64,000 bases of DNA from Sedimentisphaerales bacterium (GCA_040772485.1 JAXGYC010000007.1:864001-928000), one strand, 5' to 3'. Numbered from the stretch's first letter, positions 46,998-54,762 are shown. Numbers and translations: made by a program. Notes: generated from the letters alone by a model not told the origin.

Positions 46998-47050
46998 TGT
47001 GCCCGTGAGGGCATACAAACCATAGCGTCTCACGACGCCACTACAAACAG
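46996..47050. repeat. Family C REP-like doublet, variant copy with clipped left end
   Basis: GTGTGCCC-GTGA-GGGCATA ... TAGCGTC-TCAC-GACGCCACTACAAAC; first stem shows a compensatory change relative to the 46459 copy. Confidence 0.8.
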
Positions 47051-47079
47051 TGCCTGCCAGCCGAAAGACACACAGTCAG

Positions 47080-47397
47080 TCATCGCTGCAACGGAGGGCC
47101 GCAGCCTCGACTGGTGTGCCAGAGAGCCAGAATCTCGATTGCCTTACGCGACATGTCCAATCGATAGTAGAGGTAATAGCGAATACGACTCAGATGGATA
47201 CGACGAACGCCCGCGAGCCTTGCATTGGCTGCTTTGGCGCCGATGCCGGCCTGGATGGAGATGAGGTCGAAGGCTCGCGCGATTTCTTCACGGAAGGCAT
47301 CCGGGGCCTTGGGCCGATTCGCCGTCCACCACGTGGATGCCGTGGCAATCTGATCCGCAGCACTCCGGACGACCCGAATGGGGAGCTTCCGGCTCAA
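47080..47397 (-). CDS. RelE/ParE-family toxin
   Basis: Typical size; A..QI....WW, VRRIHLSRIRYYLYYR, IEILALWHTSR. Confidence 0.8.
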   Translation of the reverse strand: MSRKLPIRVVRSAADQIATASTWWTANRPKAPDAFREEIARAFDLISIQAGIGAKAANARLAGVRRIHLSRIRYYLYYRLDMSRKAIEILALWHTSRGCGPPLQR

Positions 47398-47615
47398 GCC
47401 GACTCCCGTAGCTTGCGGAGGAGTTGGTCGGCCGTGATCGTCTCGCCTCGGTCGGCTTCGCCCATGGCGGCCAGCAATGCCGCCTCCGCCTCCGAATCCA
47501 GGACGAACGTCTCATCCTGCTCGGGCGCCAGCACGGTGACGGTGCAGCCTTCCTCTAACGGCTCACCTTCGACGACGATCCTGCCTTCAATTACTTTCCC
47601 GCTGACGATCTTCAT
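47394..47615 (-). CDS. Cognate antitoxin (acidic, AF2212-like N-terminus)
   Basis: GKVIEGRIVVEGEPLEEGCTVTV, EADRGETITADQLL; 4-nt overlap with the toxin gene. Confidence 0.75.
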   Translation of the reverse strand: MKIVSGKVIEGRIVVEGEPLEEGCTVTVLAPEQDETFVLDSEAEAALLAAMGEADRGETITADQLLRKLRESA

Positions 47616-47621
47616 GCCCGT

Positions 47622-47650
47622 ATGGTAGCAATTGCGGCCGTCGCGGTCAA
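47622..47650 (-). promoter_or_regulatory. Sigma70 promoter, probably leaderless, for the TA operon
   Basis: TTGACC, 17-nt spacer, TACCAT, 6 nt, ATG. Confidence 0.65.
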
Positions 47651-47701
47651 GCGATTGGGCGACGCGATTACTGACTTCCCGGCGGGGGCGAAACGAGGCC
47701 C

Positions 47702-48020
47702 GTTCGTAGTGTGCTCGTAAGAGCATAAAGACCATAGCGTCTGGCGACGCCACTACGAACAGCGCCTGTCGCATGTCCGTAGGGGCGAATCATGATTCGC
47801 CCTTGCCGGCGATGGCGTGCCACGTGCCAACAACAGGGCTGTGTGTTGGCACGTGGCACGCCATCCCATCCGTGTTGATGCCTGAACGTAGCTGAGGTGA
47901 ATCCCGCGGCCGGCGTCTCCGCGCCGCCATGACTTCGGATTGCGGTTGGGCGGGTCAGTCTTGCGACAGATACTCGTGGATGAGGGTTGCGGCGGCGGTG
48001 TCGGCGGCTTTTTCGGCGAC
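47702..48020. repeat. About 310-bp direct repeat, copy 2
   Basis: Matches 46459-46766; includes the real 3' end of the serine hydrolase gene. Confidence 0.9.
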
Positions 48021-49112
48021 GGGGCCGCCGGCGTTGGTGCAGACGACGACCGCGAAGTCCTTCTTCGGTGCGATCCAGATGACGGCGTAGAACATCGTGT
48101 TGGAACCGGCGTGCGTCAGGACCGTGCCGTCGCCCCATGAGCGATGGGTCGCCACCCATCCGAAGGCATATTCGCTGTCGGAGGCGAACGGCGCGTGCAG
48201 TCTCTCGAACGTCTCGGGGTGCAGTAGGGGCGACGCATGCGTCGCCCTTTCGCCTCGCGCGCCCGCCAACTGCCAGGCCGCGTATCTGGCGAAGTCGCCA
48301 ATGCTACAATGCACCGTCCCGCCCGGACCGATCGCGGCGGGATTGTCCGCGTGCAGGCCCGGCGCAACCGGCTGGAACGTGCCATCCTGGCCGGCCTTGT
48401 GCCCCCAGGGCTGGTCCACTGTGTCAACGCTGGCGGGCGCGCCGAACCCCGCTGAGGTCATGCCAAGGGGCACGAAGAGCCGCTCCCGCAGCAACTCTTC
48501 CCAAGGACGGTCGAGCGCCTCTTCGATGGCGTGACCGATAAGGGCATAGCCCCCATTCGAGTAGACGTACTTCGTGCCGGGTGGCGCCACGGGCTTGTGC
48601 TTCGTGAGCAGTTCACGCGCCAGGTACTCGCGCTGCGCACGCGGCGGCTGGTCGGCGCGCTGCCAGAGCCGACCCCACAAGCCGTCCGCATCCAGATCGC
48701 CGGGCGCGCCGCCATGATGCGCGAGAAGCTGCTCCAGCGTCACATCGCGCCACCCGGCCTGCATCTGCGGCGCCAGGTCAGGGAACATCTCGGCCAGCGT
48801 CATGTCCCATCGCAGCGTGCCGTCCTCGACCAGCATGGCGGCCAGCGCCGCAGTCATCGACTTGGTGCATGAGCCGATGTGCCATTTGTCGTCCAGCGTC
48901 ACACGCTCGGATGAGCCCTCCTTGCGAACGCCGACGACGCCGATGGCGACCGTGTCGCGACCTTTCACCACCGCCGCCGCCAAGGCCGGCAGCCCGTTCG
49001 CCTCGCGGATCGGTTCCAGCACGGTGTCCAGCGAAGCCGGTGCCGGGGCTGCCCTGCTCGCAGCCAGCAGAAGGAGCGCGACACAGACTGGATATGCCCA
49101 GCGTCCCACCAT
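47955..49112 (-). CDS. Secreted serine hydrolase, beta-lactamase class C-like
   Basis: Signal peptide, SCTK (SxxK), YSN, HAGS. Confidence 0.9.
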   Translation of the reverse strand: MVGRWAYPVCVALLLLAASRAAPAPASLDTVLEPIREANGLPALAAAVVKGRDTVAIGVVGVRKEGSSERVTLDDKWHIGSCTKSMTAALAAMLVEDGTLRWDMTLAEMFPDLAPQMQAGWRDVTLEQLLAHHGGAPGDLDADGLWGRLWQRADQPPRAQREYLARELLTKHKPVAPPGTKYVYSNGGYALIGHAIEEALDRPWEELLRERLFVPLGMTSAGFGAPASVDTVDQPWGHKAGQDGTFQPVAPGLHADNPAAIGPGGTVHCSIGDFARYAAWQLAGARGERATHASPLLHPETFERLHAPFASDSEYAFGWVATHRSWGDGTVLTHAGSNTMFYAVIWIAPKKDFAVVVCTNAGGPVAEKAADTAAATLIHEYLSQD

Positions 49113-49118
49113 GTCAGG

Positions 49119-49796
49119 TCAGTCCACAAGCTCACGAAGCGCGGCGAGGTCGATCTCTTCGAGCGAATCACAGATCCGGTCGGCGCCGGCCAGTTCTTTG
49201 GCGGGCACGGTGTTGGTCACGGCGACGCACCTGGCGCCGGCGGCCCTGGCGGCCTGCACGCCGCTGGGAGCATCCTCGAACACGATGCAGCGCTGTGCCT
49301 CCATGCCCAGGCGACGAATGGCGATCAGAAAGATCTGCGGGTCAGGCTTCTTCTTCGTGACCTCGCTGCCGCTGACATAGACCATCTTCTGATGCGGCAC
49401 CTTCACCGCGTCGAGAATCGCCTCGGAAAGCTCGCGTGTCGCCGACGTCGCGATGGCCAGCCGGAAGCCGTTTTCGCCCAGAGCCGAACGGATCAGGTCC
49501 AGAACGCCCGGAAAGGCCGGCAGCCCCTCGGCGCGAACCGCTTCCGTCAGGTACTGCTCGCGCAGCTCGGCCCCAGCGTGGGCCTGTGCGTCGCTCAGTT
49601 CCAGGCCATGGACTCTGGCGCCGGCCTTGACAAACGCCTCGGCCCCCTTGCCGTACCCTGCGGCGAAATCCTCCGGCCGGACACCCTGAAGCCCGAACAT
49701 CTCCGCCAGCACGCGGATCGTCACTCTCGCGTTCAGCGGTTCCGTGTCGGCGATGAGCCCATCGACATCGAAAATCAGACCGTACCCCTGCTTCAT
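49119..49796 (-). CDS. HAD-family phosphatase (beta-PGM-like)
   Basis: FDVDG, ATS, KPDP, FEDAPSG. Confidence 0.92.
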   Translation of the reverse strand: MKQGYGLIFDVDGLIADTEPLNARVTIRVLAEMFGLQGVRPEDFAAGYGKGAEAFVKAGARVHGLELSDAQAHAGAELREQYLTEAVRAEGLPAFPGVLDLIRSALGENGFRLAIATSATRELSEAILDAVKVPHQKMVYVSGSEVTKKKPDPQIFLIAIRRLGMEAQRCIVFEDAPSGVQAARAAGARCVAVTNTVPAKELAGADRICDSLEEIDLAALRELVD

Positions 49797-49921
49797 CCAT
49801 CGACCCCTAGAGCCAGACTCGAAAGGGTGATATCATAGCATTCCAGGGCATTGTCGCCACCCTTTTGTCCCTCGGGCAGGGACTTGCATCAGCCCATCTG
49901 GAGTCGAAATGAGAATTGCCT

Positions 49922-49948
49922 TAGACTAAGGCCGATACCTGCGGTGTC
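49922..49948 (+). promoter_or_regulatory. Putative ECF promoter 1
   Basis: TAGACTAA-N15-TGTC; same geometry at 52547 and 54736. Confidence 0.7.
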
Positions 49949-49995
49949 TTAGTGGCGACCGTCGTTCGTTCCGGAACCGAAGAGGCCGATTGTCG

Positions 49996-50538
49996 ATGTT
50001 CGAAGAGAAGCTCTGGCTGTGGAAGCTGCGGCATGGCGACGCCGAGGCGTTGCGGAGCATCTATGACCGGTACAAGCATGAGATGCTCGGGCTGGCGGTC
50101 TCACTGTCCGCAGACCGGACCGCAGGCGAAGATGCCGTACACGATGTCTTCATCTCGTTCGTGCGGCGAGTTCCGCAACTGCGTCTGAAAACGAGCCTGC
50201 GAAGCTATCTGCTCAGTTCGGTGGCCAACCGCGTGCGAAACGACCGACGGAGTGGACGGCGCCATCCGCCGCCGGCTGCGGAGACCGAACCAGCGGTCTC
50301 GGATTCACTGCGGCCGGACCGGATCGCCGTCCAGGTCGAGCAGGGCGCGCTGGTCGAGCGGGCCATGGCCGAGCTTCCGTACGATCAGCAGGAGGCCGTC
50401 ACTCTACACCTCCAGGTGGGAATGACGTTTCGCGAAATCGCCGAGTCGCAGGGCGTATCCATCAACACGGTCCAGAGCCGCTATCGCTATGGGCTGGAAA
50501 GACTTCGTTCCCTGCTGGATGAGAAGGTGACACCATGA
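49996..50538 (+). CDS. ECF sigma factor 1
   Basis: GDAEALRSIYDRY, EDAVHDVF, LPYDQQEAV, SINTVQSRYRYG. Confidence 0.92.
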   Translation: MFEEKLWLWKLRHGDAEALRSIYDRYKHEMLGLAVSLSADRTAGEDAVHDVFISFVRRVPQLRLKTSLRSYLLSSVANRVRNDRRSGRRHPPPAAETEPAVSDSLRPDRIAVQVEQGALVERAMAELPYDQQEAVTLHLQVGMTFREIAESQGVSINTVQSRYRYGLERLRSLLDEKVTP

Positions 50539-51752
50539 AAGACCGCAATGAATTCGAGAACAGCCTCCGCGACTTCTGTCGGACGCGCCACGCGGCTACA
50601 CGGACCACGCCGCCGTTCGATGAGAAGGTTGTGGACGACGCCTTGGCCGCCCAGCGACAGACGCAACCGAAGCGATCCCGCCTCGCGGGTTCAGGAGTAA
50701 GGAGAATCATGATGCACAGCAAACTCACCGGACTGACGGCTGCGGCCGTTGTCACTATCGCCGCCATCGTCGGCATCGTGGTGTTCCACGAAGGGGCCAC
50801 CCCGGCCTATGCGGTCGAGCAGACCGTCCGAGCCATCAGAGACATCAAGACCGTCTACATGAAAGGCGAATTCTACTTACAGGGCCAGTTCGAATGCTGG
50901 ATGCGATTCGATGGTAACCCCGACCGGCCCACCCACGTCTGGCTGGGCCGCGAAGGCTACCCGATGGCGAAGATCTGCTCGCCCGACGGCGTCTTCGGGC
51001 TGAACAACCGCACCAAGCGCGTCCACTTCGCCACGCGCGACGAGCGAGGCATGAGCTGGATTCCCAAGTTCGGCAGCTTGTTCAAAGACAGCCTCCGACA
51101 GGCCGGGGCGGGTGACGCCATCCAAGTCAGCGACGGCAACGACGTGATCACGATCCGCATCGCGACGCCGCAGCGCGAGCAGGAATTTCTGGTCGATGCC
51201 CAGAGCAAGCTCCCGATCCGTTTCACGACCGTGCGCGACGACGAGCCCATGGAGATGATGCGAAGAACGCTGGCCGTCAAGAACCTGGCGGAGATCCGCT
51301 ATAACGAGGAGCCGCCCGCGGGCATCTTCGCCAAACCCACCGACGCGATCGTGGTCGAGCAGGAGGTTGATTGCTGGGTCGATCCTGATTCCGGACTGGA
51401 CGTGGGCCAGATGTCCCACGAGGAGGCCTGTCGGGAACTGGCCAGGCAGGCGTGCCAGGCGATGATCGACCTGGACGAGGCCAAGCTCGAGAGCCTGGCA
51501 TTGTTCTTCCGCCTCTGGCCCTCGTATCTGTGGGAACAAGTCCGCCAGATGAAGGAAGCCGGCCAGTGGGTGCAGAGCTACGAGATCACGGGCGAGCCCT
51601 ACCCCGAAGGCGACGTCTGGTTCCTGCCCACCGAGCTGAAGATGGCCAACGGCAAGACCGAGACCCAGACCATCATGATCAAGTTCTACGACTTCGACGG
51701 CCAGAAGCACTGCTTCTCCATCGGCTCGAAGGAAAAGGGTGTTGTCGACTGA
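50535..51752 (+). CDS. Membrane-anchored anti-sigma factor 1 (LolA-like extracytoplasmic domain)
   Basis: ATGA overlap with sigma gene; single TM, PAYAVEQT, DAQSKLP. Confidence 0.75.
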   Translation: MKDRNEFENSLRDFCRTRHAATRTTPPFDEKVVDDALAAQRQTQPKRSRLAGSGVRRIMMHSKLTGLTAAAVVTIAAIVGIVVFHEGATPAYAVEQTVRAIRDIKTVYMKGEFYLQGQFECWMRFDGNPDRPTHVWLGREGYPMAKICSPDGVFGLNNRTKRVHFATRDERGMSWIPKFGSLFKDSLRQAGAGDAIQVSDGNDVITIRIATPQREQEFLVDAQSKLPIRFTTVRDDEPMEMMRRTLAVKNLAEIRYNEEPPAGIFAKPTDAIVVEQEVDCWVDPDSGLDVGQMSHEEACRELARQACQAMIDLDEAKLESLALFFRLWPSYLWEQVRQMKEAGQWVQSYEITGEPYPEGDVWFLPTELKMANGKTETQTIMIKFYDFDGQKHCFSIGSKEKGVVD

Positions 51753-51880
51753 CGTCGAGTTCACCCCACTCGCATAGCGTGAGTATCAGACGCACGTATC
51801 CGGATGGGCGGCGGGTGGCAGCGTCAAGCCCGCAGGCTTGGGTATGGTGGAACCCGCAACTCACATCATCCGTGCCTCAT

Positions 51881-52108
51881 TCAGCCGCCCGCTGCCATCA
51901 GGGCCCGTTGCGCTTCCTCGGGCAAGTCTATGGGGGCGAACATGGAGGCGGGGTAGAGATAGCCATCGGGCTCGGACTTGTCCTCGTCCACAACGCGAAG
52001 CATATTGTGAGTCTCGGCGTCCGAATCCGGCAGGATGCGATAGACCTTGCCCAGAATCAGGCTCGCCGGATTGCTTTCGTTGTCAATGCAGATGACGAAT
52101 CGACTCAC
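51881..52108 (-). CDS. Small acidic hypothetical protein, putative antitoxin/immunity
   Basis: SLILGKVY..LRVVDE...YLYP..F; GTGA overlap with upstream gene. Confidence 0.75.
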   Translation of the reverse strand: MSRFVICIDNESNPASLILGKVYRILPDSDAETHNMLRVVDEDKSEPDGYLYPASMFAPIDLPEEAQRALMAAGG

Positions 52109-52338
52109 AGGATTACCCTCTTGACTTTGAAGTCCTTTCGGCCTACGGCATGCGCCTCGAACCAGTGTATCTCAGCCCGGCAGACCGTGCCTTCCGGTAG
52201 CCGCACGGTCGCAACACCTTTCATCTTCCGCCAATTGCCCCTGCCATAGGCACGATCCAGGTAGCGCCGGATATGTACGCCCCGGCCGATGGCGATTGTC
52301 TCCACGTCAGTAATATCGCCGAGAACTTCGACCTCCAT
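52105..52338 (-). CDS. Small basic hypothetical protein, putative toxin
   Basis: WRKMKG.ATVRL..G...AEIHWFEAH.VG...KVKR; GAGGAG RBS; upstream TTGATC-17-TATGCT. Confidence 0.75.
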   Translation of the reverse strand: MEVEVLGDITDVETIAIGRGVHIRRYLDRAYGRGNWRKMKGVATVRLPEGTVCRAEIHWFEAHAVGRKDFKVKRVIL

Positions 52339-52546
52339 CCCCGCTCCTCACGAATCGCTTGAAAACGCGCATTTCGATCCGCACGCAAACAGCATAGCAC
52401 AACATGCGGTCCAGATCAAGAGTAACAGGGCAAGAACCAGCGGTCGCAGTGGGTGTCCGATGTGGCCCTCAACTCGCTTGCCCAGATAGGATTCATGGCG
52501 CGGGGCGGACGTCAAGAACAGGAACCCACTTCGTTTTGTCCCGAGA

Positions 52547-52573
52547 TAGACTAAAATGGCGGGTGGGGGCGTT
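52547..52573 (+). promoter_or_regulatory. Putative ECF promoter 2
   Basis: TAGACTAA-N15-CGTT. Confidence 0.7.
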
Positions 52574-52620
52574 TCTATGGGTGACAGCCGGTTGTTTGGG
52601 TTTGAGAAGCTCGGGTGCAG

Positions 52621-53160
52621 ATGATCGAGGATCGACTTTTAGTCTGGCGGTTCAATCGTGGGGATACGGCGGCGCTTTGCCGCATCTACGAGAAGTACCG
52701 CGACGGCCTGCTGAGGGTGGCGACGGCCCTGCTCGGCGACAAGAGCACAGTCGAGGACGTGCTGCACGATGTATTCGTGGAGTTCGCTCAGAGCACCGGG
52801 CGCTTTCAGCTCAGGGGCAGTCTCAAGGGGTATCTGGCCATCTGTGTGGCCAATCGCGCTCGCGACCGGAATCGAGCGATGCGCCGACGATCCGCCCTGC
52901 TGGGGGCCGAGCCAAATCCGCCGGACACAGCCAGTCCGGACGACGTGGCGGTGACACACGAACTGACGGAGAAGATGGGCGAAGCTATGGCGCAGTTGCC
53001 CGACGAGCAGCGGGAGATCATCGTGCTGCACCTGCAAAGCAAGATGCGATTCCGCGAGATTGCCCGGCTTCAGGGCATTTCCGTGAACACGGCCCAGAGC
53101 CGGTACCGGTATGGCCTGGACAAACTGCGTTCGAGCCTCAATGGGCAAGTGCAATCATGA
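52621..53160 (+). CDS. ECF sigma factor 2
   Basis: ALCRIYEKY, EDVLHDVF, LPDEQREII, SVNTAQSRYRYG. Confidence 0.92.
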   Translation: MIEDRLLVWRFNRGDTAALCRIYEKYRDGLLRVATALLGDKSTVEDVLHDVFVEFAQSTGRFQLRGSLKGYLAICVANRARDRNRAMRRRSALLGAEPNPPDTASPDDVAVTHELTEKMGEAMAQLPDEQREIIVLHLQSKMRFREIARLQGISVNTAQSRYRYGLDKLRSSLNGQVQS

Positions 53161-54404
53161 GTGATTCGAGAAAGACAGAGCGTCTCGTCAACGCCTATCT
53201 GGCGAACCTGCCGACGCCCGACGGCGCCGAGGTCGACGGCAAGGTCCTCGCCAAGGCGCTGACGGCGATGCGACGAACCAGGAACCAACAAGCGGCCGAG
53301 ACAAGCCGCATCACGTGGAGAACAATCATGACGAGCAAGGCAGGTAAATTGGCCGCCGCGGCGGTGATTGTCGCAGCCGTGCTGTTCCTCACCGTCTTCG
53401 ACGGATTGACCCGCCCGGCCTGGGCGCTGGAGGACGCCATCGAGGCCCTCAAGGACTTCCGCGCCGTCTATCTGGTCGGCGCCTTCCCCGGTGGCACCGC
53501 CGAGGTATGGATGCGAGCGAACCAGACCCGGACGCAATCGACCGACGTCGTCGTCAAAGGCAGTCACGGCGCGATCACCTGGACGCAGGACGGTTCGACC
53601 TACCACTACGAGCCGAGCCAGAGCATCGTCTATCACGAGAACGCCCTGACGATCGGCATGGCGCAGTGGCTCGGGCCGGGACTTCTGGAGATGCTCAGCG
53701 CAGCCGAGAACAGCCAGGTCGTACGCGGCAAGGACCCCGCCACCGGGCGGGATCGCGTGATGCTGATGTGCAGCCTGATCGACGTGCACGGGGCGCAGTC
53801 GTGGATCATCGAGTTCGACGCGGCCAGCAAGCTGCCTGTGGCCATGAAGCAGTGGCCAAACCTGGACCGCAGCGGTCCTCCGGCGTTTGACGCATTCAAG
53901 ATCATCTACTACGAGGACCTGCCCGACAGCGTGTTCGACGTCCGCATCGCGCCTCAAGCCAAGCATGTCGAGAAGCCGCTGACGATTCCCGAGGAAGCCG
54001 CAGGCATCTTGAGCGACCCCCACGACGGGATCTCCGCTGAAGGCGTGGCGCAGCAGGAAGCAGCCGAGAAGGTCGTGCGGGCCCTCTATCAGGCCGTCAT
54101 CAATCAGGACCTGGACGCCCTCAAGACCATCAGTCCGTTGTGCCGGAACTGGGGCGACGAGTTTTTGCGGAAGATGGTCTTCAAGCCGGACAGGGACGAC
54201 CGCATCGTCGAGATCGTCGGGGTCGGCCCGATCTGCCGGACGGGCCAGTCCAAGCTCGGGCCCATCGTCGCCGTGCCGACCACCGTCCGGCTCAAAAACG
54301 GCAAGAAGGTCGAAGAGAAGATGATTGTCCAGTTCCGCACCCTCGGCGGCCAATCCTCCTGCGTCGTCCACGGCCCCTACGGCCTGCCCCGCCTGGTGGA
54401 GTAG
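53157..54404 (+). CDS. Membrane-anchored anti-sigma factor 2
   Basis: ATGA overlap; WRTIMTSK, TM, PAWALED, DAASKLP; paralogous to anti-sigma 1. Confidence 0.75.
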   Translation: MSDSRKTERLVNAYLANLPTPDGAEVDGKVLAKALTAMRRTRNQQAAETSRITWRTIMTSKAGKLAAAAVIVAAVLFLTVFDGLTRPAWALEDAIEALKDFRAVYLVGAFPGGTAEVWMRANQTRTQSTDVVVKGSHGAITWTQDGSTYHYEPSQSIVYHENALTIGMAQWLGPGLLEMLSAAENSQVVRGKDPATGRDRVMLMCSLIDVHGAQSWIIEFDAASKLPVAMKQWPNLDRSGPPAFDAFKIIYYEDLPDSVFDVRIAPQAKHVEKPLTIPEEAAGILSDPHDGISAEGVAQQEAAEKVVRALYQAVINQDLDALKTISPLCRNWGDEFLRKMVFKPDRDDRIVEIVGVGPICRTGQSKLGPIVAVPTTVRLKNGKKVEEKMIVQFRTLGGQSSCVVHGPYGLPRLVE

Positions 54405-54735
54405 ACCAGACGCGTGCGCCGACTGCGAGCCGATCGGGAAAGTGACCGTCTCGTATATGAATCATCTGAGCGACCCCGGGACATTGGTCGAGGTGTTCTG
54501 CACTGTCGAGACCAAGGACGCTGCGAAGCAGTGCCTGCTGAACGTAACCATCCAGGCGACGTCCGCCGGCAGAATGCGCGTGGTGGCTGGTGCAATCGGC
54601 CCGGAATTCTGCGACATCGATTAGACCACGTTGTGTGACATCCCATGGCCGTCGGGGTCTGCCCGGCGGCCTTTTTCACGCGCCCCCCGACGTGCCACGT
54701 CGCACCGAGGCATGGAAAGAAAGATCTGATCGGCG

Positions 54736-54762
54736 TAGACTAATCGGGACTCGCCATTCGTG
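54736..54762 (+). promoter_or_regulatory. Putative ECF promoter 3
   Basis: TAGACTAA-N15-CGTG. Confidence 0.7.

Noticed and set aside
40646..47865. Family B palindromes as integron attC sites or CRISPR repeats
   Set aside because: AAC/GTT are present, but the boxes do not fit RYYYAAC/GTTRRRY and the interior is too short; spacing is irregular and kb-scale; no intI or cas genes
42513..48020. Prophage or ICE
   Set aside because: No integrase, structural, conjugation or tRNA att-site evidence; housekeeping-type genes are interspersed
47955..49112. Antibiotic-resistance beta-lactamase
   Set aside because: SxxK/YxN/HxG motifs are shared by many esterases and peptidases; no AmpC-specific KTG motif
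54405..54624. Short ORF (MNHLSDPG...) between anti-sigma 2 and ECF3
   Set aside because: No clear RBS or motif; may be a gene fragment but cannot be supported
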